Shown in pieces: positions 1 to 9,368 of a stretch of 32,894 bases of DNA; the stretch's first letter is position 1, and every line of letters begins with the position of its first letter. Origin of the DNA: Promethearchaeota archaeon (lineage in GTDB: Archaea; Asgardarchaeota; Lokiarchaeia; Sigyniarchaeales; SOKP01). A program made the position numbers and the translations under genes. The notes under the pieces were generated by a model. It ran no database searches. It saw only the letters and a program-made list of their open reading frames with translations, and had not been told where the DNA came from. The stretch is taken from contig JBHLME010000038.1 of NCBI GenBank assembly GCA_048938445.1, positions 1 to 32,894 of the forward strand. The letters run 5' to 3'.

Positions 1-662
1 ATTTCCGTGGCATTTCCATTTGCTAATAAGTACGTGATTAGATCCTCAAAGGCCGCTTCATGAGTGCTAAAATCAGCACGAAGCGTAGTTCTTTCAGCAT
101 TTGAATCGGATCGGAGGTAATCTTGTACTATAAACACCTGTTCCATTAGTTCGGCTTTTAACATCGTGGCATTAGCTCTTGGATACATCGAATCTTGATA
201 TGTTATTAGCAACGTGATGTTTGTTTCTTGGGTTTCATGCTCATCAACGATATGATGCAATGTTTCATTTATTAAATCTAAAGTATTAAACGAACCAGTA
301 CTGTTAGTAATGGCATCATAAATTACTTCAGCATAATCTTCCATCTCAATTATCAAGGATTGTTCTTCTGGCATTAATGTAGCAACATTAGATAAATGTT
401 CATTGAATTCATTATAAGCTATATCAAACTCAGCCTCTTTCCCTTCCACTTCTCCAATTACATATTTATGATATAATAACATCATGTTTTCCATATCAGT
501 TATTGCTTCCATAGTGTTATCTGCTACAACCATCTCATGATTTGTTATATCCGTGATTGAGGAGCTTAAAGTATTAACTTGTAAGAGTCCAACTATACCT
601 ATAATTGTAGCTATGATCATAAGGAAACCGAATCCCATTGTCATTCGCCTACCTATATTCAT
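1..662 (-). CDS. Partial (runs off the left edge) membrane sensor, methyl-accepting chemotaxis protein or sensor kinase: N-terminal TM helix plus helical-bundle (4HB_MCP-like) extracellular domain
   Basis: Not in the ORF track. Manual translation from ATG at 662 gives MNIGRRMTMGFGFLMIIATIIGIVGLLQVNTLSSSITDITNHEMVVAD..., open to the window edge. It has a typical MCP TM1 start and a GGGGTG SD-like motif upstream. The signalling domain lies outside the window. Confidence 0.75.
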   Translation of the reverse strand, partial: MNIGRRMTMGFGFLMIIATIIGIVGLLQVNTLSSSITDITNHEMVVADNTMEAITDMENMMLLYHKYVIGEVEGKEAEFDIAYNEFNEHLSNVATLMPEEQSLIIEMEDYAEVIYDAITNSTGSFNTLDLINETLHHIVDEHETQETNITLLITYQDSMYPRANATMLKAELMEQVFIVQDYLRSDSNAERTTLRADFSTHEAAFEDLITYLLANGNATE

Positions 663-943
663 ACTATTACACCCCTAAAATTTCCAGTTATTTTTTTTAG
701 ATAATTAGAATTTGTTATAAGAAAATGACTTTTCTTAAATTAAAAAAAACAATTTTTGTTTAATTGATTATAATAAATTGAATATTTAAATATTTTTTTT
801 ATAATATTTACTATATTTATTATATTTTTTTATACTAAAAAAAGGATTTCTTATTAAAAAAAAAGCATAAACAATCTTTTTTTTTCATGAATTATTGTAA
901 TAATAGAATTATTTAAAAATCTTTTTTTACCTAATATAATAAT

Positions 944-1663
944 ATGAAAGAGGAAAAGCAAAAAAAACATATAGGCTTCACGATTAGTGAAGAGACTGGT
1001 GAAAAATGGAAAAAATTTGCAGACGAAAATAACATTTCTACGCTCTCAAAACTGATTAGAAATGCTGTTAACTATTTTATTGATTCTCAAGATCAAATTC
1101 AATTTTTTAATAATTTGTCAAATTTTTCAAGAGATCTCAAAAGTCCTTTAACATTAATAAAAGGATTTTCTCAATTAATACTTGAAAATAATAAAGACCA
1201 ATTGGACTTCGACGTATTAATCAAGATAAAACAGATTTATGACCAAAGTTTGATACTTGAAAATATAATTAATGATTCAATTTCAGGTACTCCAATAGAG
1301 AATTTTAAATTTGACATACTCATTGTGGATGATGATGAGGCAACTTTAAAGTTATTAATGGAATATTTTAAAAGTCAGGGATATAATGTGAAAGTAATTT
1401 CTAAAGGATTAGATGCAGCAAAAATTTTACATAATTGCATTCCAAAATTAATTCTTGTTGATATTCTACTTCCTGATATTGATGGATATAAAATATGTAC
1501 CATGATCAAAAATGATAAGATGCTACAGAAAATTCCAGTATATTATATAACAGCTCTGGATAGGTTAGAAGTAGAAAAAAAAATGAAAGAAACTAAAGCT
1601 AATGGTTATTTTTTAAAACCTTTTAATTTAAAAGAATTTAACAAGTTATTTGATCTTCTTTAA
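944..1663 (+). CDS. Ribbon-helix-helix + HisKA/DHp-like (His->Arg) + receiver domain protein
   Basis: N-term HIGFTISEETGEKWKKFADENNISTLSKLIRNAVNYF (RHH pattern); FSRDLKSPLTLIKGFSQLI (H-box with R63); REC motifs LIVDDD, LILVD173ILLPDIDG, YITA, FLKPF. Confidence 0.8.
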   Translation: MKEEKQKKHIGFTISEETGEKWKKFADENNISTLSKLIRNAVNYFIDSQDQIQFFNNLSNFSRDLKSPLTLIKGFSQLILENNKDQLDFDVLIKIKQIYDQSLILENIINDSISGTPIENFKFDILIVDDDEATLKLLMEYFKSQGYNVKVISKGLDAAKILHNCIPKLILVDILLPDIDGYKICTMIKNDKMLQKIPVYYITALDRLEVEKKMKETKANGYFLKPFNLKEFNKLFDLL

Positions 1664-1780
1664 ATGTACATGATACATGAAATTCTAATTAATTATAATA
1701 TTCATTTTATTTTTATCATAAAAATTTAAATTTATGATAAAATACTGTTATATTGGAATTAATAAAATCATGCAATTTAA

Positions 1781-2626
1781 GTGAAAAAAGTCGTGGATCC
1801 TGAAAAAACAAAAGAAATGAAACGATACGAAGAAATTACGGGTAAGTTTGCAATTTGGCGTGGTTTAGTGACAGAGGGATTTAAAAAATGGCAAAAAGGA
1901 GAAAAAATATATGAACAAGATAAAGAAAGAATTACGATTCTAGTTCCAGATGAAAAAAAAAATAAATGGAATGATTTTGCTGAAAAAAACGACTATACAT
2001 CAATTTCTAAAATGATACGAGAAGCTGTTGATACTTTTATCGATTCAAGATTAAAACATAAATCAATGAAGGGAGTATTAGAAATAACCCATGGATTAAA
2101 AGAACCCTTAACTTTAATTAAAGGTTTCTCACAAATAATTCTTGAAAACTATAAAGATGATTTAAAATGGGATGTATTAACCAAAATTAATGATATTTTT
2201 GATCAAAGCTTAATTCTTGAAAGTAGAATTAAAGAAATATCAGAACAAGTACAAGATGATGAAGTTCAATATGATGTACTAATCATTGAAGATGATACAT
2301 CAACAATTAAAGTATTAGCTAATTTTTTTGAAATTAAAGGACATACTTATAAGATCTTAATGAATGGTGCTGATGCTATAAATGAGATTATAAGGTCCAA
2401 TCCTAAAATCATATTATTAGACATTCTTTTACCTGATATTGATGGATTTGAAATTTGTAAACAAATAAAATCCATTGAGACTCTTAAAAATAATAAAGTT
2501 TTTTATATTACAGCAATACCTGGAGATGAAGTAGAAGCTAGAATGATTGAAACAAAAGCAGACGGCTATTTTTTAAAACCATTTGATTTTGGCCAATTCA
2601 ATAAATTATTACAATTTTTGAAATAA
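1781..2626 (+). CDS. N-terminal extension + RHH + HisKA/DHp-like (His intact) + receiver domain protein, paralog of the upstream gene
   Basis: RITILVPDEKKNKWNDFAEKNDYTSISKMIREAV (RHH); EITH104GLKEPLTLIKGFSQII; REC LIIEDD, ILLD214ILLPDIDG, YITA, FLKPF; GTG start. Confidence 0.8.
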   Translation: MKKVVDPEKTKEMKRYEEITGKFAIWRGLVTEGFKKWQKGEKIYEQDKERITILVPDEKKNKWNDFAEKNDYTSISKMIREAVDTFIDSRLKHKSMKGVLEITHGLKEPLTLIKGFSQIILENYKDDLKWDVLTKINDIFDQSLILESRIKEISEQVQDDEVQYDVLIIEDDTSTIKVLANFFEIKGHTYKILMNGADAINEIIRSNPKIILLDILLPDIDGFEICKQIKSIETLKNNKVFYITAIPGDEVEARMIETKADGYFLKPFDFGQFNKLLQFLK

Positions 2627-2743
2627 TTTTTTAGCATTCAATTATATTGTTCAGAATCTAATATTCATTACATAATCTTTTTTATGTGTAGTTATTTTTT
2701 ATTTGTTACCATCTAAAATGATTATTGTTTAATTATTGAAAAT

Positions 2744-4183
2744 ATGGATGTTAAAATAAAATATGGGTTTATAGCACTTTGGATAATAATATTTCAAACG
2801 ATCTTAAAGTCTATGGGAATATTATTAACAGGTAGTTTAAGTTTTTTATCAGAATCAGTTGATACTTTTGTGGATATATTTTTTGTCTCTTTAACTCTTT
2901 ATTCAGTGAGAACAAGTCTCAAACCTGCGGATTATGAACACATGTATGGTCATGGAAAAACAGATCCTATTGGTGCTCTTATCCAAGGTGTAGTTTTAAT
3001 TATCTTATATATCTTCATCTTGAATAATGCTATTCAAGTAATATTAAGTGGAACTTATTCCATATCATCTCCAGAAATAGGATTACAAATAATAATCATA
3101 TCATTTCTAATTAATATGGTTTTTTCAAGAATCTTAATATGGAAAGGGAAGAAAAATAAAAGCCTCTCATTAGAAATTCAAGGTTTAAATTTATTCCAAG
3201 ATTCTTTACGGGCAGTAGTTGTTGTGATAAGTTTTATTTTTTCTTTGTTTGAAATTTATTTTCTTGATTTTATTTTTAGTATTATTTTATCTCTTTGGAT
3301 TATCTATGGGGCATTAAAATTGATAAAAAAGGGGATTAAGGAACTAACGGACGTGAATCCTATAAACCAAATTATCATTGAACAGCTTAGAGAAAATATT
3401 TTTTATCTTGATCATGTAAATGGTGTTGAAGATATAAAAGTTAGGGCGAGTGGAAATATACTTTTTTTAGAAGTGCGATTATCCGTCGAGGATCATATTT
3501 CAGTCATACATGCGAATGAAATAACAAAATCAATACGATCTATTAGTAAAGAACTAATCCCATTTTATAATATAGAATGTATAATAGAGATGAACCCTCT
3601 GGGAGGAGAAAAATCCGTTAGCGAAAATTTGATAAATCTTATCTATTCAATCTATTCCGATTATGTAAATATTTTAAACATAAAGGATGTAAACGTGTTT
3701 AGTATTGAGAATGAATTATATTTATCAATGATACTTATTGTAGATAATTCTCTTACACTCAATGAAGCACATGAAATTTGTACTAATTTTGAAAATGAAA
3801 TAAAGAATCAAGCGACTTATTTATCAAGAATTATAACTCATATTGAGGGTGTTAAAAGATTAGAAGCCATAACACCAAAAGAATTATCTTGTTATCCTGT
3901 AGATCAAAAAAGAATGAATGAAATCCAAAACCAAGTTGAGAATGTTTTAAGAAATTATAAGAAAGTTAAGGGCTATCATGGATTGGAATTTTGGACAGCA
4001 ATAGATCATTGTGTTCTAGAACTACATGTGTTTTTTGAAGGTAATTTAAATATCTCTGAAGTACATGAGTTCATTACAGATATAGAAAAAGATATAAAAA
4101 CAACACTTAAAATTGCAAATCTTAAAGATATTATTTTACATTCAGAACCATTAAAAGGGCGCACAGATGGGATAATTTTTTGA
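2744..4183 (+). CDS. Cation diffusion facilitator (FieF/CDF family) with three tandem C-terminal ZT_dimer domains
   Basis: TGSLSFLSESVDTFVD, KPADYEHMYGHGK, six hydrophobic segments, then three repeats (SVIHANEIT / TLNEAHEIC..THIEG / NISEVHEFI..LHSEP). Confidence 0.9.
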   Translation: MDVKIKYGFIALWIIIFQTILKSMGILLTGSLSFLSESVDTFVDIFFVSLTLYSVRTSLKPADYEHMYGHGKTDPIGALIQGVVLIILYIFILNNAIQVILSGTYSISSPEIGLQIIIISFLINMVFSRILIWKGKKNKSLSLEIQGLNLFQDSLRAVVVVISFIFSLFEIYFLDFIFSIILSLWIIYGALKLIKKGIKELTDVNPINQIIIEQLRENIFYLDHVNGVEDIKVRASGNILFLEVRLSVEDHISVIHANEITKSIRSISKELIPFYNIECIIEMNPLGGEKSVSENLINLIYSIYSDYVNILNIKDVNVFSIENELYLSMILIVDNSLTLNEAHEICTNFENEIKNQATYLSRIITHIEGVKRLEAITPKELSCYPVDQKRMNEIQNQVENVLRNYKKVKGYHGLEFWTAIDHCVLELHVFFEGNLNISEVHEFITDIEKDIKTTLKIANLKDIILHSEPLKGRTDGIIF

Positions 4184-4189
4184 ATGAAA

Positions 4190-5353
4190 TTAAAAAGGAA
4201 AATTATATTTATTTAATCCAAGTTCTTGTTGCATGATTTTTATATCCTGTTGTATGCTTTTATTAATCGGAATCCCATTTTGTCTCCTTTCTAATTCTTT
4301 ATAGTATTCTTTTTCCCCTGCTGTATAAATTTTATTTTTTCCTGGAGCTTTTTTTGAGGAGCGAAGCGCTCTCATTATATTTCCAGTAATTCTTTTAAAA
4401 ATTTTCAGAGGTATGAAATTATCTATGTTAATTGCGAGAAAGAAGTGCCCTACTTTCAGCCTTTTTTGGCCATTCTCATATATTCCCATAGTATCTTTAA
4501 GATAAACGCCATCTTGTAAAGCAGAGGATAAGATCTCGACAAGGGTAGCATATCCATAACCTTTATATCCAGACATTCCCTCGCCCTTGCCTCCCAATGG
4601 TAATAATGCTGCTGAATCATCCAATAAATCATGTAATACATCATCAGGATTTGTTTTAGTATTTCCATCTTTAGTTATCACGACTCCCTTGGGTAATGGT
4701 TTATTTGAACGTTGATATACCTCTACTTTACCTCTTTGAACTATAGAAGTTGCACAATCAATTAGAAAAGGAAATTCCTCATCTGTAGGCACACCAGATG
4801 TTAAGGGATTAGTCCCTAACATTGGCTCGACACCAAATGTAGGAGGCACGGCAGGTCGAGCATTAGTCGTTGTGATCCCAATCATTCCTTCCTTGATAGC
4901 CATTAATGAGTAATAACCCGCAATCCCGAAATGAGTAGAATTTCTAACAGCTACAGCTCCAAGCCCGTACTTTTTTGCTTTTTTGATTGCCAAACTCATT
5001 GCTTCATGAGCAATAACAGGTCCCATACCACAGCCTCCATCAATAACAGCAGTTGTAGGTCCCTCCTTTACTATGTTTATTTCAGTTTTTATATTATAAA
5101 TCCCAGCTTTAATCCGGTCGTAATACATCTTGCAACGTTGAATTCCATGAGAATCAATACCCCTTAGATCGGATGTAATTAAAACGTCAGCAATAATTCT
5201 AGTATCTTTTTTAGGAACGCCTAGACAAATAAATACATCTCTCATAAAATTCATTAGAGTTTTAGCGTCAATTTTAACTATTTCCGATGATTCAGATAAT
5301 ACTTGATTTTGAATTGTCATTATTAACTCATTATTATCCTGTGATATACACAA
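4190..5353 (-). CDS. Ldh_2 family NAD(P)-dependent dehydrogenase (malate/L-sulfolactate/ureidoglycolate type), copy A; start may be ATG at 5320
   Basis: DLRGIDSHG, RNSTHFG, GTNP, GYKGYG, GHFFLAI, GEKE motifs. Confidence 0.9.
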   Translation of the reverse strand: MCISQDNNELIMTIQNQVLSESSEIVKIDAKTLMNFMRDVFICLGVPKKDTRIIADVLITSDLRGIDSHGIQRCKMYYDRIKAGIYNIKTEINIVKEGPTTAVIDGGCGMGPVIAHEAMSLAIKKAKKYGLGAVAVRNSTHFGIAGYYSLMAIKEGMIGITTTNARPAVPPTFGVEPMLGTNPLTSGVPTDEEFPFLIDCATSIVQRGKVEVYQRSNKPLPKGVVITKDGNTKTNPDDVLHDLLDDSAALLPLGGKGEGMSGYKGYGYATLVEILSSALQDGVYLKDTMGIYENGQKRLKVGHFFLAINIDNFIPLKIFKRITGNIMRALRSSKKAPGKNKIYTAGEKEYYKELERRQNGIPINKSIQQDIKIMQQELGLNKYNFPF

Positions 5354-5460
5354 AATAGATTACCAAGTTTATATATTTATCTAGATAAATATTTGTCTAA
5401 ATAGGTACTTCTTTTAATAAAAATAATGGAAATTTTTAATAAAAACCTAAGAAAATATAA

Positions 5461-6573
5461 TTAAAAAGGAAAAACATACTTATCAAGACCTAATTCTTTT
5501 TGCATGGTAATAATATCATGTTGTAGGTTCTTATTTATTGGTATTCCAATTTTTTTTCTCTCATTCTCAGCAATATATTCCTTTTCACCTGCCGTGTAAA
5601 TTCTTTCTGCTCCAGGTTCTTTTTTAGCACTTCTAAGACCTCTCATTATATTTCCTGCAGTTTTTGTAAAATTTGATAATGGTAAAAAACTCTCAATATT
5701 TATAGCTAAAAAGAAGTGCCCCACTTTTAACCTCTTTTGATTTTCTTCAACAATTCCTATTGTATCTCTTAAATATATCCCATCTTGTAACGCTGCAGAT
5801 AAAATTTCAACTATCGTGGCATATCCATATCCCTTATAACCGGAGGTTTCTTCACCTCTTCCACCTAAAGGTAATAACGCTGCCCGTTTATTAGATAAGT
5901 CTTTTAGAACTTTACTGGGATCTGTTTCAGTTTTACCATCTTCAGTAATAATTGTTCCTTCAGGTAAAGGTTTATTTATCCTGTTATATAACTCAACTTT
6001 ACCTCTTTGAATGATTGACGTAGCACAATCAAGAACAAAGGGAAATTCCTCATCAGTTGGAGCCCCCATAGTTAAGGGATTAGTACCTAGCATTGGCTCT
6101 ACACCAAATGTTGGGGGTATTGATGGGCGAGCATTAGTAACTGTTATACCAATCATTCCTTCTTTTATTGCCATAAGTGAATAATATCCAGCGATACCAA
6201 AATGAGTGGAGTTTCTCACGGCAACAGCACCTAAACCAAACTTCTTCGCTTTTTCTATAGCCATACTCATTGCTTTATGAGCTATCACATGACCCATCCC
6301 ACAGCCTCCATCTATAAGTGCTGTTGTTGGCCCATCATTTATCACTTTGATTTGAGTCCTGACTTCATATATTCCTTCTTTAATTCGATCGTAATACATC
6401 TTACACCTTTGTATTCCGTGAGAATCAATTCCTCTAAGATCTGATGTTATCAACACGTCTGCAATGATTTTAGCATCATCATTAGGGACACCAAGCCCTA
6501 AAAAAACATCCCTCATAAAATTCTCGAGAATTTCAGCATCAACATACGAAACTTTATCATTCATTATAATCAA
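5461..6573 (-). CDS. Ldh_2 family dehydrogenase, copy B; start may be ATG at 6564
   Basis: Same motif set as copy A, with long stretches identical to it. Confidence 0.9.
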   Translation of the reverse strand: MIIMNDKVSYVDAEILENFMRDVFLGLGVPNDDAKIIADVLITSDLRGIDSHGIQRCKMYYDRIKEGIYEVRTQIKVINDGPTTALIDGGCGMGHVIAHKAMSMAIEKAKKFGLGAVAVRNSTHFGIAGYYSLMAIKEGMIGITVTNARPSIPPTFGVEPMLGTNPLTMGAPTDEEFPFVLDCATSIIQRGKVELYNRINKPLPEGTIITEDGKTETDPSKVLKDLSNKRAALLPLGGRGEETSGYKGYGYATIVEILSAALQDGIYLRDTIGIVEENQKRLKVGHFFLAINIESFLPLSNFTKTAGNIMRGLRSAKKEPGAERIYTAGEKEYIAENERKKIGIPINKNLQHDIITMQKELGLDKYVFPF

Positions 6574-6713
6574 TTTATTAATTTACTCTATGATATAATC
6601 TATATCATTCCATTTCATTAAATTATTACTATTTAAAGATTAATATCAATGTTCAATGTAAAGAACCTAGAAAAAAGTTTTTATTTACATTCTAATATAA
6701 TAAACATGAGACC

Positions 6714-6968
6714 ATGGAAAATAAACCACTATGTAGTACATGCAAACATAATGCGCAAATATCATTATGTGGACCTTGTATAGAACAAGGTTCTCAAATG
6801 ATTGATAAAATTGCAATTGATTTAGGTGTTGAGATTGCTAATCCTGAAGACAATATTAATAAATATAAATATTCCTGTAAGATAATCATGAATTATCCCG
6901 AGGATTTTAATGATTTAGATCCATATAATTGCAAATATTATTTGAACTCTTGTCTTGGATTTCGATAA
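6714..6968 (+). CDS. Small Cys-rich hypothetical protein
   Basis: ATG start, CSTC, CGPC plus three further Cys; occupies an otherwise empty interval. Confidence 0.6.
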   Translation: MENKPLCSTCKHNAQISLCGPCIEQGSQMIDKIAIDLGVEIANPEDNINKYKYSCKIIMNYPEDFNDLDPYNCKYYLNSCLGFR

Positions 6969-7157
6969 TACGTATTATTATTAATAACTAGTATAGTCCT
7001 TTCAAGATCTATACGTTTTCTCCTCTCATAAAAAGTCTCCTTTTATTTAAATAATTTTAATATTCTAAATGATCAGCTTTTCCTTTACTGTCGTAATTTT
7101 ACATGTAATACATACATGATATCCCCTTTTTTGAATCTTTAAGTATACATTTATTTC

Positions 7158-7331
7158 ATGCGAATCAATGATCTTGAAAAAAAAGTCAGTGGTTTGATTT
7201 TTTCAAAGGAAATGACGGTAGAAGATGATGGGGAAGGAATAACATATGTATTTCCAGATACAAAAGAATTTCTTTCCATGGCAAAGAGAAAATTTGTTAA
7301 TAGAGGATTACTATCTGAGGAACAACTATAA
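7158..7331 (+). CDS. Small hypothetical protein (57 aa) or gene remnant
   Basis: Manual translation MRINDLEKKVSGLIFSKEMTVEDDGEGITYVFPDTKEFLSMAKRKFVNRGLLSEEQL*. The purine-rich codon usage matches neighbouring genes, and it is below the ORF-track cutoff. Confidence 0.5.
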   Translation: MRINDLEKKVSGLIFSKEMTVEDDGEGITYVFPDTKEFLSMAKRKFVNRGLLSEEQL

Positions 7332-7548
7332 AATAATCTATGATAATTGTAATTTAAATTATAGGACTCCAATATAGTACATTTTCTTGTAGGTTACTCT
7401 AATACATCTAAAAATACAATAAAACAGTAAGAAAAGAAAGCAAGGAAATAATTTAATCACCAATCTTAACTCAAAATCAAAAGATCTTTTTTAATTTTAT
7501 TTTTAAGAAATCAATAGATTTTAATTTTTAAATGCACTAGTAATAATT

Positions 7549-7852
7549 GACCGTTTAGGGCACGGTTGATACTCTTTACTGAGTGGACCACAAAATGCTC
7601 TTAGTGGAAAGTGCCTAATTTAAGGTTTTCATGAGTAGTAGTATGCCATTGTTATATTCCGGCGAAGCACCGGCTACATAGGTGGGTGCTTGGGCATTAA
7701 AACTTGTAGGAGTTTTATAAGTCCATAATGTGGAACCCGCTGAGGCCCGGGAGGGAGCAGGTGTAACACGAGGCGTTCACGCTTTGCAGTGCAGGTGTGG
7801 AGGGGTATGACAGCAGGTTATACTATTAGGATTAGAATCGAGGATTAGGTTT
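7549..7852 (+). ncRNA. ffs: Archaeal signal recognition particle RNA (7S/SRP RNA); ends approximate
   Basis: GC-rich ~300 nt island. Helix 8 motif GAGG-CCC-GGGA-GGG-AGCA (7742-7759); helix 6 TAAAACTT-GTAG-GAGTTTTA with GNAR loop (7706-7709); helix 5 pairings 7682-7691/7771-7780, 7650-7660/7802-7812 and 7636-7644/7820-7828; Alu-domain closing stem GGGCAC 7558-7563/GTGCCT 7611-7616; oligo-T at the 3' end. Confidence 0.93.
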
Positions 7853-7876
7853 TTTAATATAATCTTTCAATTTAAA

Positions 7877-8473
7877 TTATATTTTTAGACTAAACCTTAA
7901 CAATCGGTTTTTATCTTCTTCTGCATAATCAATTCCAACCCTTTTGTGTAATACAATATTTGATTTATTTATCTTTTCACCTTCGGAAAAATAAAGGTGG
8001 GTATCTTTAGAACAAGAATCTCGTCCATTAAATAAATCTTTACTTATATTAAAAGCCATGCAAAGCTTACTTGGGCCATCAACTAAATTTTTATAATTTT
8101 TACCAAGTTTTACCGTTCGATTCTTTTTCATTATATCAATACCATCAATAGGGTATAAAGCTCTTATAAATATTGCACATGGAATATCTTCAGGTTCTGT
8201 TATTACGTTTAAACAGAAATAAGTTCCATAAATATAGTAAACATACAGCGTCCCTGGCTTCATGTACATGATTTTTGTTTTTTCTGTTTTTTTATAATTA
8301 TAGCAATGACATGCTTTATCTTCAGGACCAAGATAAGCTTCAACTTCTATAATTTTACCAACCATAGTTCCATTAACCGTATTTCTAATGAGATATTTTC
8401 CCAATATATCCTTGGCTATGAGTTGGGTATCTCTTGAAAAAAAATCCCGAGTTAATCTTTTAAATTCCTTCAA
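7877..8473 (-). CDS. mpg: 3-methyladenine DNA glycosylase (Mpg/AAG family)
   Basis: IIEVEAYLGPEDKACH, PGTLYVYYIYG, CLNVIT, GPSKLC, RVGI motifs. Confidence 0.93.
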   Translation of the reverse strand: MKEFKRLTRDFFSRDTQLIAKDILGKYLIRNTVNGTMVGKIIEVEAYLGPEDKACHCYNYKKTEKTKIMYMKPGTLYVYYIYGTYFCLNVITEPEDIPCAIFIRALYPIDGIDIMKKNRTVKLGKNYKNLVDGPSKLCMAFNISKDLFNGRDSCSKDTHLYFSEGEKINKSNIVLHKRVGIDYAEEDKNRLLRFSLKI

Positions 8474-8525
8474 TATTTCATTCTGCTGACAAGTATTTTA
8501 TTATAAATGATTAGAAATTAATACT

Positions 8526-9368
8526 TCATGAGTTTAGTTTAATTAATTCATTTTTAAAAAAACTATCAAGATGCGCATTTGATGCTATAAAAGCGAATCT
8601 CAAATCAATCGAAAGTTCTTTATCAAGATCCTTTCCTTCAAAAGTAAATATTTTACCTCCAGCTTCTTTCAATATTAACAATCCTGCAGCTAAATCAACT
8701 AAACGCATTGATTTTTTAAAATTTATATAAGCATCCATACTACCTTTAGCTACTTGACACAAGCTTAAAGCACAGCTTCCCATTACTCTAACTCGATAAA
8801 TTTTTTTGATAATATCCTTATATTTGATTAAAGCATTCATTAGTTCATTCAATCTAAAATCTACTTCAAAAATACAAGAATCCCTAATTGTTTTAGTAGA
8901 AACGGATATATGTTCTCCATTTTTAAACGCTCCTTTTCCTTTTTCCGCCCAGTATAAATCTTTTGATATCAAATCAAGAACTACTCCTTTTTCTATACTG
9001 GTTATATTATCTCCAATAGCGAAAGCAATTGATACCGAACAAAAAGGTATACCTCTTACTGCATTATTACTTCCATCAATTGGATCAACAATTAATTTAA
9101 ATTTGTTTTGAATCGCTTTTTCTTTATCACCAATAAATTTTTCCCCTATTTCTTCACTAATAAGCAAAATATCAATCCTTGATTTTTCTAAGATGTCTAT
9201 AACAACTTTTTCAGCTACAATATCAATATGCATTGAAATATCACCTCCAGCACCTTTCTTTATTTTTTGATTCGCTAATTCAGTTCCTAATAGGGGATGG
9301 ACAGCGTCGTATATCTCTAATGCCATTTGTTTTAATAAATCGATTGAAACTTCCATTATCATCTTCAT
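8526..9368 (-). CDS. suhB: Inositol monophosphatase / fructose-1,6-bisphosphatase (archaeal FIG-family, SuhB-like)
   Basis: ISEE, VDPIDGSNN, RVMGS, VDLAAGLLILKEAGG. Confidence 0.88.
   Translation of the reverse strand: MKMIMEVSIDLLKQMALEIYDAVHPLLGTELANQKIKKGAGGDISMHIDIVAEKVVIDILEKSRIDILLISEEIGEKFIGDKEKAIQNKFKLIVDPIDGSNNAVRGIPFCSVSIAFAIGDNITSIEKGVVLDLISKDLYWAEKGKGAFKNGEHISVSTKTIRDSCIFEVDFRLNELMNALIKYKDIIKKIYRVRVMGSCALSLCQVAKGSMDAYINFKKSMRLVDLAAGLLILKEAGGKIFTFEGKDLDKELSIDLRFAFIASNAHLDSFFKNELIKLNS

Noticed and set aside
4456-5167. ORFs 4456-4668(-) and 4931-5167(+)
   Set aside because: Alternative-frame or antisense shadows inside a well-supported Ldh_2 gene
7151-7372. 73-aa minus-strand ORF
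   Set aside because: Ser/Phe-rich antisense of the more plausible plus-strand ORF 7158-7331
7666-7691. Apparent extra hairpin AAGCACC...GGTGCTT inside the SRP RNA
   Set aside because: The same bases pair better as helix 5 with 7771-7798, so no novel inserted helix is needed
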